This document shows positions 1 to 7,993 of a stretch of DNA of 64,000 nt, in pieces. The DNA comes from Spirochaetota bacterium. GTDB taxonomy: Bacteria > Spirochaetota > UBA4802 > UBA5550. Position 1 is the stretch's first letter. Every line of letters starts with the position of its first letter. The stretch lies in NCBI GenBank assembly GCA_963663865.1, contig OY760686.1:2720001-2784000 (forward strand), read 5' to 3'. The position numbers and the translations under genes were made by a program. The notes below the pieces were generated by a model. That model was not told the origin of the DNA. It saw only the letters and a program-made list of their open reading frames with translations, and did no database searches.

Positions 1-859
1 GCTTCAATGTAACTGTCTTGCCTGAAGCCCCTGCGCCCTTAAGCCTCCTGGAAACAGAACCCGCAAGCCCGCGCAGCACCTCGTGTATTACCCTTACATC
101 TAAAATGTCCTCGCCGAATGTGCGTTCACGTCCGAATGACTTTCGCTCATGGGAGGGTTCAACCTCTCTGGGGTCGTTTCCGCAGGCAAGGCTGTAGTAA
201 AAGGCGCCGCTCTTTCCGAAGCTGCTGACAAGCGCGTCAAGCCCGGCGCGCTTCAGGTCGGCACCGGTCATAAGCCCCATCTCCTTCATGCGCGCCTCGG
301 TGACCTTCCCTACCCCGTAAAACCTTCCAACCGGCAATGCCTCAATAAAGCCCTGCGCGCGCTTCGGCGTAACCACGGTGAGTCCGTCAGGCTTCCTGAA
401 ATCGGAAGCAACCTTTGCGAGGAACATGTTGTAGGAGACACCGGCTGACGCGGTAAGCCTGATCTCGTCTTTGATTCTGCGCCTTATCTCTTCAGCAACC
501 TCTGTTGCTGGGCGGCCGCCAAGGTAGTCTGTCACATCAAGATATGCCTCGTCGAGCGAGAGAGGCTCAATCAGGTCAGTATAGTCTCCCATAATAGACC
601 TTACACGCTGTGAGATATCTATGTAACGGTCAAAGCGGCCCGGCAAAAAGACCGCGTGAGGACATAGCCTGTAAGCTCTTGACGAGGGCATTGCCGAGCG
701 CACACCGAACCTTCTCGCCTCGTACGAACATGTGGACACTACTCCCCTGCTGTCAGGAGGCCCTCCCACTATAACGGGCCTGCCCCGCAGAGACGGGTTG
801 TCGAGCTGCTCAACCGCCGCGAAAAAGGCGTCCATGTCTATGTGAATAATCTTGCGCAT
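1..859 (-). CDS. dinB: DNA polymerase IV (Y family), runs off the left edge of the window
   Basis: Not in the ORF track. My translation from ATG 859 gives MRKIIHIDMDAFFAAVEQLDNP...RGVVSTCSYEARRFGVRSAMP...EPLSLDEAYLDVT...SAGVSYNMFLAKVASDFRKPDG, which are canonical DinB motifs. Confidence 0.96.
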   Translation of the reverse strand, partial: MRKIIHIDMDAFFAAVEQLDNPSLRGRPVIVGGPPDSRGVVSTCSYEARRFGVRSAMPSSRAYRLCPHAVFLPGRFDRYIDISQRVRSIMGDYTDLIEPLSLDEAYLDVTDYLGGRPATEVAEEIRRRIKDEIRLTASAGVSYNMFLAKVASDFRKPDGLTVVTPKRAQGFIEALPVGRFYGVGKVTEARMKEMGLMTGADLKRAGLDALVSSFGKSGAFYYSLACGNDPREVEPSHERKSFGRERTFGEDILDVRVIHEVLRGLAGSVSRRLKGAGASGKTVTLK

Positions 860-881
860 ATAATGTCCGTTAATTGGACAA

Positions 882-910
882 AGCATATCAGGGGCATGGT
901 TTTATGTCAA
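882..910 (-). promoter_or_regulatory. sigma70-type promoter for dinB
   Basis: Minus strand reads TTGACA-N17-TATGCT with a TG extended -10, just upstream of the dinB ATG. Confidence 0.6.
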
Positions 911-979
911 CATTTGTTTAGCTTCTAAACACTAAAGCAATATTACAAGAACAAGTTGCTCTTTTGTTGCGTTTTTATC

Positions 980-1007
980 TTGACACAATCGTTATTGTTG
1001 TTATACT
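980..1007 (+). promoter_or_regulatory. sigma70-type promoter for the lipoprotein islet
   Basis: TTGACA(980-985)-N16-TATACT(1002-1007) with TG at 999-1000. Confidence 0.6.
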
Positions 1008-1176
1008 GTACAGTTCGCTTTCAATTTTCACAAAATTAGTAATTATTTCTCAGCCGTGGTACTCTTTGGAACAGTATCAAAACTGTTGATGGGCATATTG
1101 ACACCATGCACCAATCATATGCTGGTTCTGTTGGAATAATTACTGAAATAAATACAATTATTTGCGGAGGTTTCCC

Positions 1177-2662
1177 ATGTTCACTAAAAACATCAAGGGA
1201 AGGAAGGAAGGAAGGAAGGAAGGAAGGAAAATTTATAACCTGCTCGTGTAACCCACAACTTGTTTTTATGCTTTTCATTATTCTTCTCACATCGTGCTGG
1301 GACTCAGCAATCAGTTCAAAATCTTCAAGCGGTGCCGTAATCAGCGGCAATCTTGTTATTGGCCACAATCAGAAAGTAACGTTTAATGTGAAAGAGATGG
1401 ACACTAACCGCAGAGCAGCACTATCCCGATGCCGTGCCGCCGGTGATGAAGACCAGCTGACCTTCGAAGAAGCCCTATCCGAGGCTTATGATGAAGCAAT
1501 TACTGAAATTTTATCAAAAATCACAGATGAAAAAGAAAGGGCTGAATTCCTTGAAAATGGGACACTTGAAGCTGATGTTTCTGTGGGGATGGAGTTAACT
1601 GAAGAAGAAATGAAATCCGTTACGAGATCAGCTGATGGAACTGAAACAATTGACAACAACTTCTACAAAAGCTATCAAATTCACGGCAAAATGACCGATT
1701 ACCTCGGAGAGGTTTTTGGAGACACTTCGCTGGAAAAAACACAAATGAGCGAACTTGTCACGGAAGAATTCTACAACAACATTGATGAAACGGTAAAGGC
1801 CTCTGAACTCGCAAATTTTTACATTGCCTCAATGGATTATGACAGGGTACTGAATCTCGCTTCTTTCTGCGGCCTGACAATAGACGAAAAATACTTCAGC
1901 GAATTATGCGGAGAGATACAGGCGCTTTCAGAGACAGCGGACGAAGCGGAAGAAGCCTCCGATACAGCAGAAGCAAGGGGAGCAGCCCGCAGCGGTGAAG
2001 GAGGCGGTTCATGCCCGTCATGGTTTATACCTTCGAGCAGGGGCGGCAAGATCAAGGATGGAACGGTGCTGCTTGAGCGCGGCGGGAATAAATTTCTACA
2101 GTGGACTGGTACCTACACTCACGCCGGGATGTTTTCGCAGGCTGAATTTGAAGAATCCTGGGATGGACAACCATATCAAAAAAGCTATCAATCAGCAAAA
2201 TGCATTCAGACAGCAACTGAACCGAGAGCATGCCTGCAGGCGCTCAACAAGTTCGGAGGTGCAAGTAAATACGCAGGGCTTCTTCCCAAAAAGTGGTCAA
2301 ACTCCAAAGCTATTGCGGCCGGTCAATACAATGAGACTACATTCAACTGTTCTCAAAGAAACGGGAAAGGTGCAGACTACTGCTGCCCGTGGTGGGAGTC
2401 TTTCATGTTCTGGAAGGACACAAGCCACAACCTCAAGTCTTCAAACGCGTACTGTTCAAAAGTCGCGTACACAGGCTGGAAGAAGCAGGGAATCAACGTT
2501 GACGGCAATACAAGACTCGGGAACCTGATTCATCCTTACGAGATAATGGCCAGCTCAAAAGACCGTTACATCAGGATCGCTACAATAAAATGGTTTTTCG
2601 GAAAGATAACTATCAGGAAAAAAACATACAGTGCTAAAACAAATGTAATATTCGAAGAATAA
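1177..2662 (+). CDS. Lipoprotein with C-terminal permuted NlpC/P60 (YiiX/YebB-like) peptidase domain; frameshifted relative to its RBS-led start by the (GGAA)8 tract (ORF track gives 1106..2662)
   Basis: GGAGG at 1166-1170 and ATG at 1177; hydrophobic stretch plus lipobox LFIILLTSC; His-before-Cys motifs DGTVLL..YTHAGMF and AYCSKVAYTGWKKQGINVD..IHPYEI. Confidence 0.7.
1198..1229 (+). repeat. Tetranucleotide simple sequence repeat (GGAA)8
   Basis: Eight perfect GGAA units counted directly, starting 21 nt after the first base of the RBS-preceded ATG at 1177. Confidence 0.97.
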
Positions 2663-2670
2663 ACCTTTAT

Positions 2671-2703
2671 TGGTTTCCGGCCCCTGATGGGGCCCGGAAA
2701 CCA
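2671..2703 (+). other. Intergenic GC-rich hairpin (possible terminator or mRNA processing/stability element)
   Basis: TGGTTTCCGGCCCC-TGAT-GGGGCCCGGAAACCA with one bulge, followed by only a short T run. Confidence 0.5.
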
Positions 2704-2721
2704 TTTAACATGGAGAAAATA

Positions 2722-3792
2722 ATGAAATACATATACATATTTTATCTGACTGTCCTTGCGGCCATGTCTTCGTGCTCGTGCGGATGTTCAAACGATATCA
2801 ACTTCACTTATCCAAAATCATTCGAGCCTGTTACAGTTGATAGAAATACAATTTTTCTGTACCTCCCTGATTTCATGGGCCCATATGTCTTTGACACTAA
2901 ATCAAAAAAATGCATATACAAATATGATTTCACCGGATACTCTTTTGTTTCGAATATTGAACAGTTTTCTGACTATATATTTATAATGCTTAACGAAGAT
3001 GATGTCGATAGACAGGTAACCGTCAGCAAACTTATTCAAATTACCATTTCTACGGGAAAGGTTAAGGAAATTCCATTCTACGACGACATGCCATCAACCA
3101 TTGAAGTGATTGACAATAAGCTCTGGATTGACAGCGCCTATACCGACATGTACCCCAGAAAAATTCAGATCTATGATCCGGCAACTGGTGAGTATAATTA
3201 CATGAGTATTCCTCACCGTTTTACTGGTCAACCCGGGGGAAGAGTAGAAGGAGTCTTCTATACAAGCGTAGCGGCATCAGAACACGCACCTATTCTTGAC
3301 TGTTCTACCGGCGATACAATTGATACAATAGGCATATTCGGAGATACACTCTCTTCATTTCGTCAGACTTATCCTATTTTCTGCAGAGACCTCGGAAACA
3401 GCAACAGCGCTTATTTAGGTTTTTTATCGCATCACGCAACAGATGAGTCAAAAAATAAATACCCACTATTTAAGGTGGATTCACTGTCAAATAAAGAGTT
3501 CACACTACTGATGAATGGGCTTACCAGTGAAACAGGATCATACAGATATGCCCTTGAATATAACGACTACATCTATGTATTTTCTGTTGGAATGACACTG
3601 GGTGCCCCCTGCAGATTGTTCAAGTTTGATACAACAAACTACGAACTCGTTTATAAGATGGATGTTCCTGACATTGCCAGTTATATGAAATTCATCGACA
3701 ACACATTCTGGTTTGAAAAATCAGACCTGAAAAATGTATATTCAATAGACATCGAAACCCTGACAATCACAGAACATAAGGTCGATTTTTAA
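2722..3792 (+). CDS. Lipoprotein of unknown function, beta-rich (propeller-like), paralog 1
   Basis: GGAG RBS then ATG at 2722; signal MKYIYIFYLTVLAAMSSC; clearly similar along its length to 3903..4979. Confidence 0.75.
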   Translation: MKYIYIFYLTVLAAMSSCSCGCSNDINFTYPKSFEPVTVDRNTIFLYLPDFMGPYVFDTKSKKCIYKYDFTGYSFVSNIEQFSDYIFIMLNEDDVDRQVTVSKLIQITISTGKVKEIPFYDDMPSTIEVIDNKLWIDSAYTDMYPRKIQIYDPATGEYNYMSIPHRFTGQPGGRVEGVFYTSVAASEHAPILDCSTGDTIDTIGIFGDTLSSFRQTYPIFCRDLGNSNSAYLGFLSHHATDESKNKYPLFKVDSLSNKEFTLLMNGLTSETGSYRYALEYNDYIYVFSVGMTLGAPCRLFKFDTTNYELVYKMDVPDIASYMKFIDNTFWFEKSDLKNVYSIDIETLTITEHKVDF

Positions 3793-3814
3793 TCGTTGTT
3801 ATCATGAAAAACTC

Positions 3815-3881
3815 AACTGAACAGGTTGACTCATAAAGCATATAGTGTAAAGGAAGCATGGTTCGACAGCGGGGCTTGAGA
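3815..3881 (+). repeat. 67-bp direct repeat, copy 1
   Basis: AACTGAACAGGTT-nnn-TCATAAAGCATATAG-nnnnn-AGGAAGCATGGTTCGACAGCGGGGCTTGAGA, also present at 4958-5024. Confidence 0.9.
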
Positions 3882-3902
3882 TACTTCCTCATGGAGAAAA
3901 TA

Positions 3903-4979
3903 ATGAAATACATGTACATATTTTATCTGACTATCCTTGCGGCCATGTCTTCGTGCTCATGCGGATGCTCTGAGGATATAAGATTCACATATCCAAAATA
4001 CTTTGAGCCATTAAAGGTAAATGAAAACACTGCTTTTTTTTCACTTCCCGGTTTCAAAGGTATTTTCTCATTCAACACCGATACAAAGAAGATTCTTTAT
4101 AAATACGGTTTTACCGGATACTCTGAGATATCATATTATCAATTTACCTCCAATAATGAATTTATATTCATTATAATTGATGAAAATGACAACAACAGGG
4201 AGGTTACAGTAAGCAAGATCATTCAGATAACCGTCTCAACCGGAGAAGTAAAGGAGGTGCCCTTCTATGATGATATGCCTTCATTTATCGAGATGATTGA
4301 CGGCAAGCTCTGGGTTGACAGCGCTTACACCGATATATATCCGAGAAAAGTTCAGATATATGATCCGTTAACTGGTGAGATTAATTATATGAACATTCCA
4401 CACCGTTTTACAGGTCAGCCGGCAGGCCATGTCGAAGAGAATTACTACACGAGCGTATCCGCATCGGGTCACGAACCGCTGCTCAACTGCAGTACAGGTG
4501 AAATGGTTGACACTGTTTCAATATTCGGGGAATACCTTTCAAAGTACAGCTCATCATATCCTAAATTCTGCAGCGATCTGAACAACAAATCAAGCGCCTA
4601 TCTCGGATTCTATACATATAATACAACTAAAACAAACAACTTCCCGCTTTTTAAAATCGATTCGATTGACAGGAAAGAATTTAAACTGATTATAAACAGC
4701 CAGCTTACCAATACTGGAAGATTTTATTCTGCTTGTGAGCTTAACGGCTATCTCTATCTTGTATCATATACTGAATACACAGTAAAAAATCTGCTAATAA
4801 AGATGAACACAGAGAACTACAGCATTGAGTCAACTACCGTTCTTCCTGAAATGGGTGGGGGCTTTCAGTTCAAAAATAACAAATTCTGGTATCGAAAAAC
4901 TGATTCAACAAATGTCTACTCGGTTGATCCGGAAACCCTTGTAATTACAGAACATGTAACTGAACAGGTTAGTTCATAA
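3903..4979 (+). CDS. Lipoprotein of unknown function, beta-rich (propeller-like), paralog 2
   Basis: 5' DNA nearly identical to paralog 1; shared blocks PFYDDMPS, LWxDSAYTDxYPRKxQIYDP, IPHRFTGQP. Confidence 0.75.
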   Translation: MKYMYIFYLTILAAMSSCSCGCSEDIRFTYPKYFEPLKVNENTAFFSLPGFKGIFSFNTDTKKILYKYGFTGYSEISYYQFTSNNEFIFIIIDENDNNREVTVSKIIQITVSTGEVKEVPFYDDMPSFIEMIDGKLWVDSAYTDIYPRKVQIYDPLTGEINYMNIPHRFTGQPAGHVEENYYTSVSASGHEPLLNCSTGEMVDTVSIFGEYLSKYSSSYPKFCSDLNNKSSAYLGFYTYNTTKTNNFPLFKIDSIDRKEFKLIINSQLTNTGRFYSACELNGYLYLVSYTEYTVKNLLIKMNTENYSIESTTVLPEMGGGFQFKNNKFWYRKTDSTNVYSVDPETLVITEHVTEQVSS

Positions 4980-5024
4980 AGCATATAGCTAATAGGAAGC
5001 ATGGTTCGACAGCGGGGCTTGAGA
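4958..5024 (+). repeat. 67-bp direct repeat, copy 2 (overlaps the 3' end of paralog 2)
   Basis: Matches 3815-3881 except in two short variable patches. Confidence 0.9.
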
Positions 5025-5238
5025 CAACTATGATATGGTTGAACGATAGCCCAATTATACAGTATGAACAAGCTGGAATAATATGATTCTATTCCAACGT
5101 CATATCTGAAACATAAATGGTCAACAGTATGAACAGGAACAAGCGGTTGTCGAAACGTGTGCAATCCTGTCCAGTTCAAGACCTTAAAAGGCCTTGAACT
5201 GCTCTATTGTTAACTTTACATCTATAAATATTTACGGT

Positions 5239-6168
5239 ATGAAAATGAGATTAAAAAGACTAATATACAAACTGATCCTCTTGGTGCTTCTTATAACAGC
5301 ATCACAAAATCATGGATGGGCAAAAAAGGAATCCGAATACCCGGTAAAGATAGAAACATCTCTGAACTCAAGTCTCGTGTATGGATCCCTGGGCGAATAC
5401 GTATATTCAGGAAGCCGTACCGTCAGCCGCCTCGACTGGGACATGCAGGGCATAGTGTTTACCGGATTCAGTATAAACGCGGAGATATCAAAGTCCTGCA
5501 TCATTCACGCTGAATTTAATTATGGGATTAGCGATGACGCGGGGCGGATCAGGGATTACGACTGGGAAAACTCAGACAGCCTTACAAACTACTCCAACCA
5601 CAGATGTATTCTCGAAAAAGCCTTTACCTTCAAAGCATCAGCCGGATACAGGCTTAGTCTGTCAGACAGCATAACTTTAACGCCAGACTTATTTATTTCA
5701 GCTTTCGATATAAAGCTTACGGCGCTTGACGGTTACTACCAGTATCCTCCTGATTCGGCGCCCATCGACCTGTACGGCACTGTTATCTCCTACCGGCAGC
5801 GTTATCTGATTCAGGGCATAGGAATCACCGCGGCTCTCTCTCTTAAAAAAATCAAGGTGAGTGCGGAACTTGCATATGGTTTCTGTGGGAAATGCAGGGC
5901 TGTTGACAGCCATCATCTTAGAGATACTGATTTTTACGACAGCTTCGATTCCGTCAAAATGTTTTCCGCGCGTGCAGCGGCGCAATTCAGCTTAACAGAA
6001 CATCACTTTGCCGGCCTATTCACCGGCCTTATTTCAATGCCGGAAACAAAAGGTGATGAATATCACATCGACACATCGAGCGGCGCCAGGTCCAACACGC
6101 TCCAGGACTCGGCAGGCGTTAAACTGAAACTGTATCAAACGGGCATCTACGCCGGCCTCAAAATCTGA
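5239..6168 (+). CDS. Omptin-family outer membrane protease
   Basis: Signal peptide; SRLDW, DYDW (Asp pair), NYSNH and DSHHLR (Asp-x-His) motifs; alternating beta-strand pattern. Confidence 0.8.
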   Translation: MKMRLKRLIYKLILLVLLITASQNHGWAKKESEYPVKIETSLNSSLVYGSLGEYVYSGSRTVSRLDWDMQGIVFTGFSINAEISKSCIIHAEFNYGISDDAGRIRDYDWENSDSLTNYSNHRCILEKAFTFKASAGYRLSLSDSITLTPDLFISAFDIKLTALDGYYQYPPDSAPIDLYGTVISYRQRYLIQGIGITAALSLKKIKVSAELAYGFCGKCRAVDSHHLRDTDFYDSFDSVKMFSARAAAQFSLTEHHFAGLFTGLISMPETKGDEYHIDTSSGARSNTLQDSAGVKLKLYQTGIYAGLKI

Positions 6169-6197
6169 AAGCCCCGGCTCTTTCATTTCCGGGGCTT
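6169..6197. terminator. Hairpin between convergent omptin and hydG genes, probable terminator
   Basis: AAGCCCCGG...CCGGGGCTT inverted repeat. Confidence 0.5.
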
Positions 6198-6209
6198 ATC
6201 TGCCACCTG

Positions 6210-7610
6210 TTAAAAGTAAATGTCCCTCTTCCCTTCGTCTATCTCGCTTAAGACACCGGACATTTTCTCCCTGAGAGGGTCCTTATCCACCCCTGAAAGA
6301 AGTTCCTGGATCAGTTTCTCGCCTTTTTCCCTGGTGGAGGGCGACGCGAAGTCGTTCAAATACTCTTTAAAGGTAAAAACCGCGTTTGGCATGCAGTACT
6401 GTTTTATGAGCCCCGGCTTAGCCAGGTCCATGAAATCATGTCCAACGCGGCCCTTGCGGTAGCAGCCGGTGCAGAATGACGGAATGTAACCCTGTTCGGT
6501 TATGGCGGATATGACCTCATCGAGGTTACGGTGATCGCCGAGTGAAAACTGGCTTCCGGTCTTTCCTTCGCCCTCGGCGTAGGCCCCAGGGTTTGTTCGT
6601 GAGCCGGCCGATATCTGGCTAATGCCGTACTGGAAAAGCTCGGAGCGCATCTGCTCGTTTTCGCGTGTGCTGAGGATGATTCCGGTATAGGGCAGCGCGA
6701 TGCGTATTATTGCCACGATCTTTTTAAAGTCTTCGTCACTGACAGGGTATGGGATACTGCTTGTGAGCGGAGCATTGTCGGCGGGCTCAATCCTCGGGAC
6801 GCTTATCGTGTGAGGCCCGCAGTTGTACGTCTTCTCAAGATGGGCCGCGTGCTCCATAAGGGCGAGAACCTCGAATCGGTAATCGGCCAATCCAAACAGC
6901 ACACCCAGTCCGACATCGTCAATTCCCGCCTGCATGGCCCTGTCCATTACAGTGAGGCGGTAATCGTAGTCGGCCTTTGGCGTCCCCTTCGGATGATACT
7001 TTTTATAAAGCTCAGCATCGTATGTTTCCTGGAAACAGACATAGGTCCCTATTTTCTCGCTGTGAATCTTCCTGAAATCTTCGACTTCCATGGGCGCGAG
7101 CTCAACATTGATGCGTCTGATATAGTGGGCGTTTTCACGCACCGCGTACGTTGTCCTGATAGCCTCACACATATAGTCCGTATCGTTCTCGGGAGTCTCC
7201 CCGCAGATGAGAAGCGCCCTCTTGTGGCCGTCGCGCAGAAGTATCCGCACCTCCTGCTCTATCTCGCTCATGCTGAGGATCTTGCGTTTAAGCTCTCTGT
7301 TTGAAGTACGGAACGCGCAGTAAACGCAGTTGTTCACGCACTTGTTTCCTGTGTATATCGGCGCGAAAAGGACGAGCCTTTTTCCGTAGATGTTCTCCTT
7401 CACCTGATGTGCAGCGTTCATTATTCTGGATATCTGAGAGCTGTCCTCAACACGCAGAAGCGCGGCAACGTCCTCAAAGCCAAGCCCCTTCATCCTGAGC
7501 GAACGATTTAGTATTTCGTCAAGCTCAGCCGGTGTCGGCGGAGCGCCCTCTACGAGACTGTAAAGCTTATCCCTGTCTATAAATGTCTTTTCACGCGTTG
7601 ATGTGTTCAT
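6210..7610 (-). CDS. hydG: [FeFe]-hydrogenase H-cluster maturation radical SAM enzyme HydG
   Basis: CxxxCxxC (CVNNCVYC), FQETY, GPHTISVPRIEPA, and C-terminal CxxC-x22-C (CTGCYRKGR...YCMPN), which distinguishes HydG from ThiH. Confidence 0.93.
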   Translation of the reverse strand: MNTSTREKTFIDRDKLYSLVEGAPPTPAELDEILNRSLRMKGLGFEDVAALLRVEDSSQISRIMNAAHQVKENIYGKRLVLFAPIYTGNKCVNNCVYCAFRTSNRELKRKILSMSEIEQEVRILLRDGHKRALLICGETPENDTDYMCEAIRTTYAVRENAHYIRRINVELAPMEVEDFRKIHSEKIGTYVCFQETYDAELYKKYHPKGTPKADYDYRLTVMDRAMQAGIDDVGLGVLFGLADYRFEVLALMEHAAHLEKTYNCGPHTISVPRIEPADNAPLTSSIPYPVSDEDFKKIVAIIRIALPYTGIILSTRENEQMRSELFQYGISQISAGSRTNPGAYAEGEGKTGSQFSLGDHRNLDEVISAITEQGYIPSFCTGCYRKGRVGHDFMDLAKPGLIKQYCMPNAVFTFKEYLNDFASPSTREKGEKLIQELLSGVDKDPLREKMSGVLSEIDEGKRDIYF

Positions 7611-7866
7611 GCAGCTCCTCCCTGTATTTCGTCAGAACCGATTTAACCTCGGCCCCCTGAAGTCTGCCGATTTTTCCGGAAAGAGCGCCTATCTCGTCGG
7701 TTGTTCCCTCAACTATCAGGGATATTATATGGATGCCCCTGCCCCGTATGGGTATGCCCTGTCTTCCGATTATTGCGTCTGAATGATCGGACAGAATGGT
7801 ATTAAGCCTTGGGACGGCCGACTTGTCGGTCAGGAGTACGGCGAGAACGCCGAGTCTCTTTTCCAT
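7591..7866 (-). CDS. TM1266-family ACT-like putative iron-only hydrogenase system regulator
   Basis: LNTILSDHSDAIIGRQGIP...IISLIVEGTTDEIGALSGKIGRLQGAEVKS; overlaps the hydG start. Confidence 0.85.
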   Translation of the reverse strand: MEKRLGVLAVLLTDKSAVPRLNTILSDHSDAIIGRQGIPIRGRGIHIISLIVEGTTDEIGALSGKIGRLQGAEVKSVLTKYREELHEHINA

Positions 7867-7993
7867 CAGAATGCTCCTCTGGATCGGTCTGTTTTTGAAT
7901 CCTCACGCCTGCGGCCCGCTGAGGACGGCCGGCATTCAGATAGTTACAATGTATTTTAACAACCTCAGCTGGTCAAGAATATAAACGCAATTC

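Noticed and set aside
149-448. 99-aa plus-strand ORF
   Set aside because: Antisense shadow of dinB.
1036-1368. Minus-strand ORF with FLPS repeats
   Set aside because: The repeat is only the (GGAA)8 tract read in reverse; it overlaps the lipoprotein gene.
3811-3881. 67-bp repeat as integron attC, CRISPR repeat or tRNA fragment (GGTTCGA)
   Set aside because: The RYYYAAC- and GTT-like boxes are only 7 nt apart; there are two copies separated by a whole gene, no integrase or cas genes, and no T-arm stem or cloverleaf.
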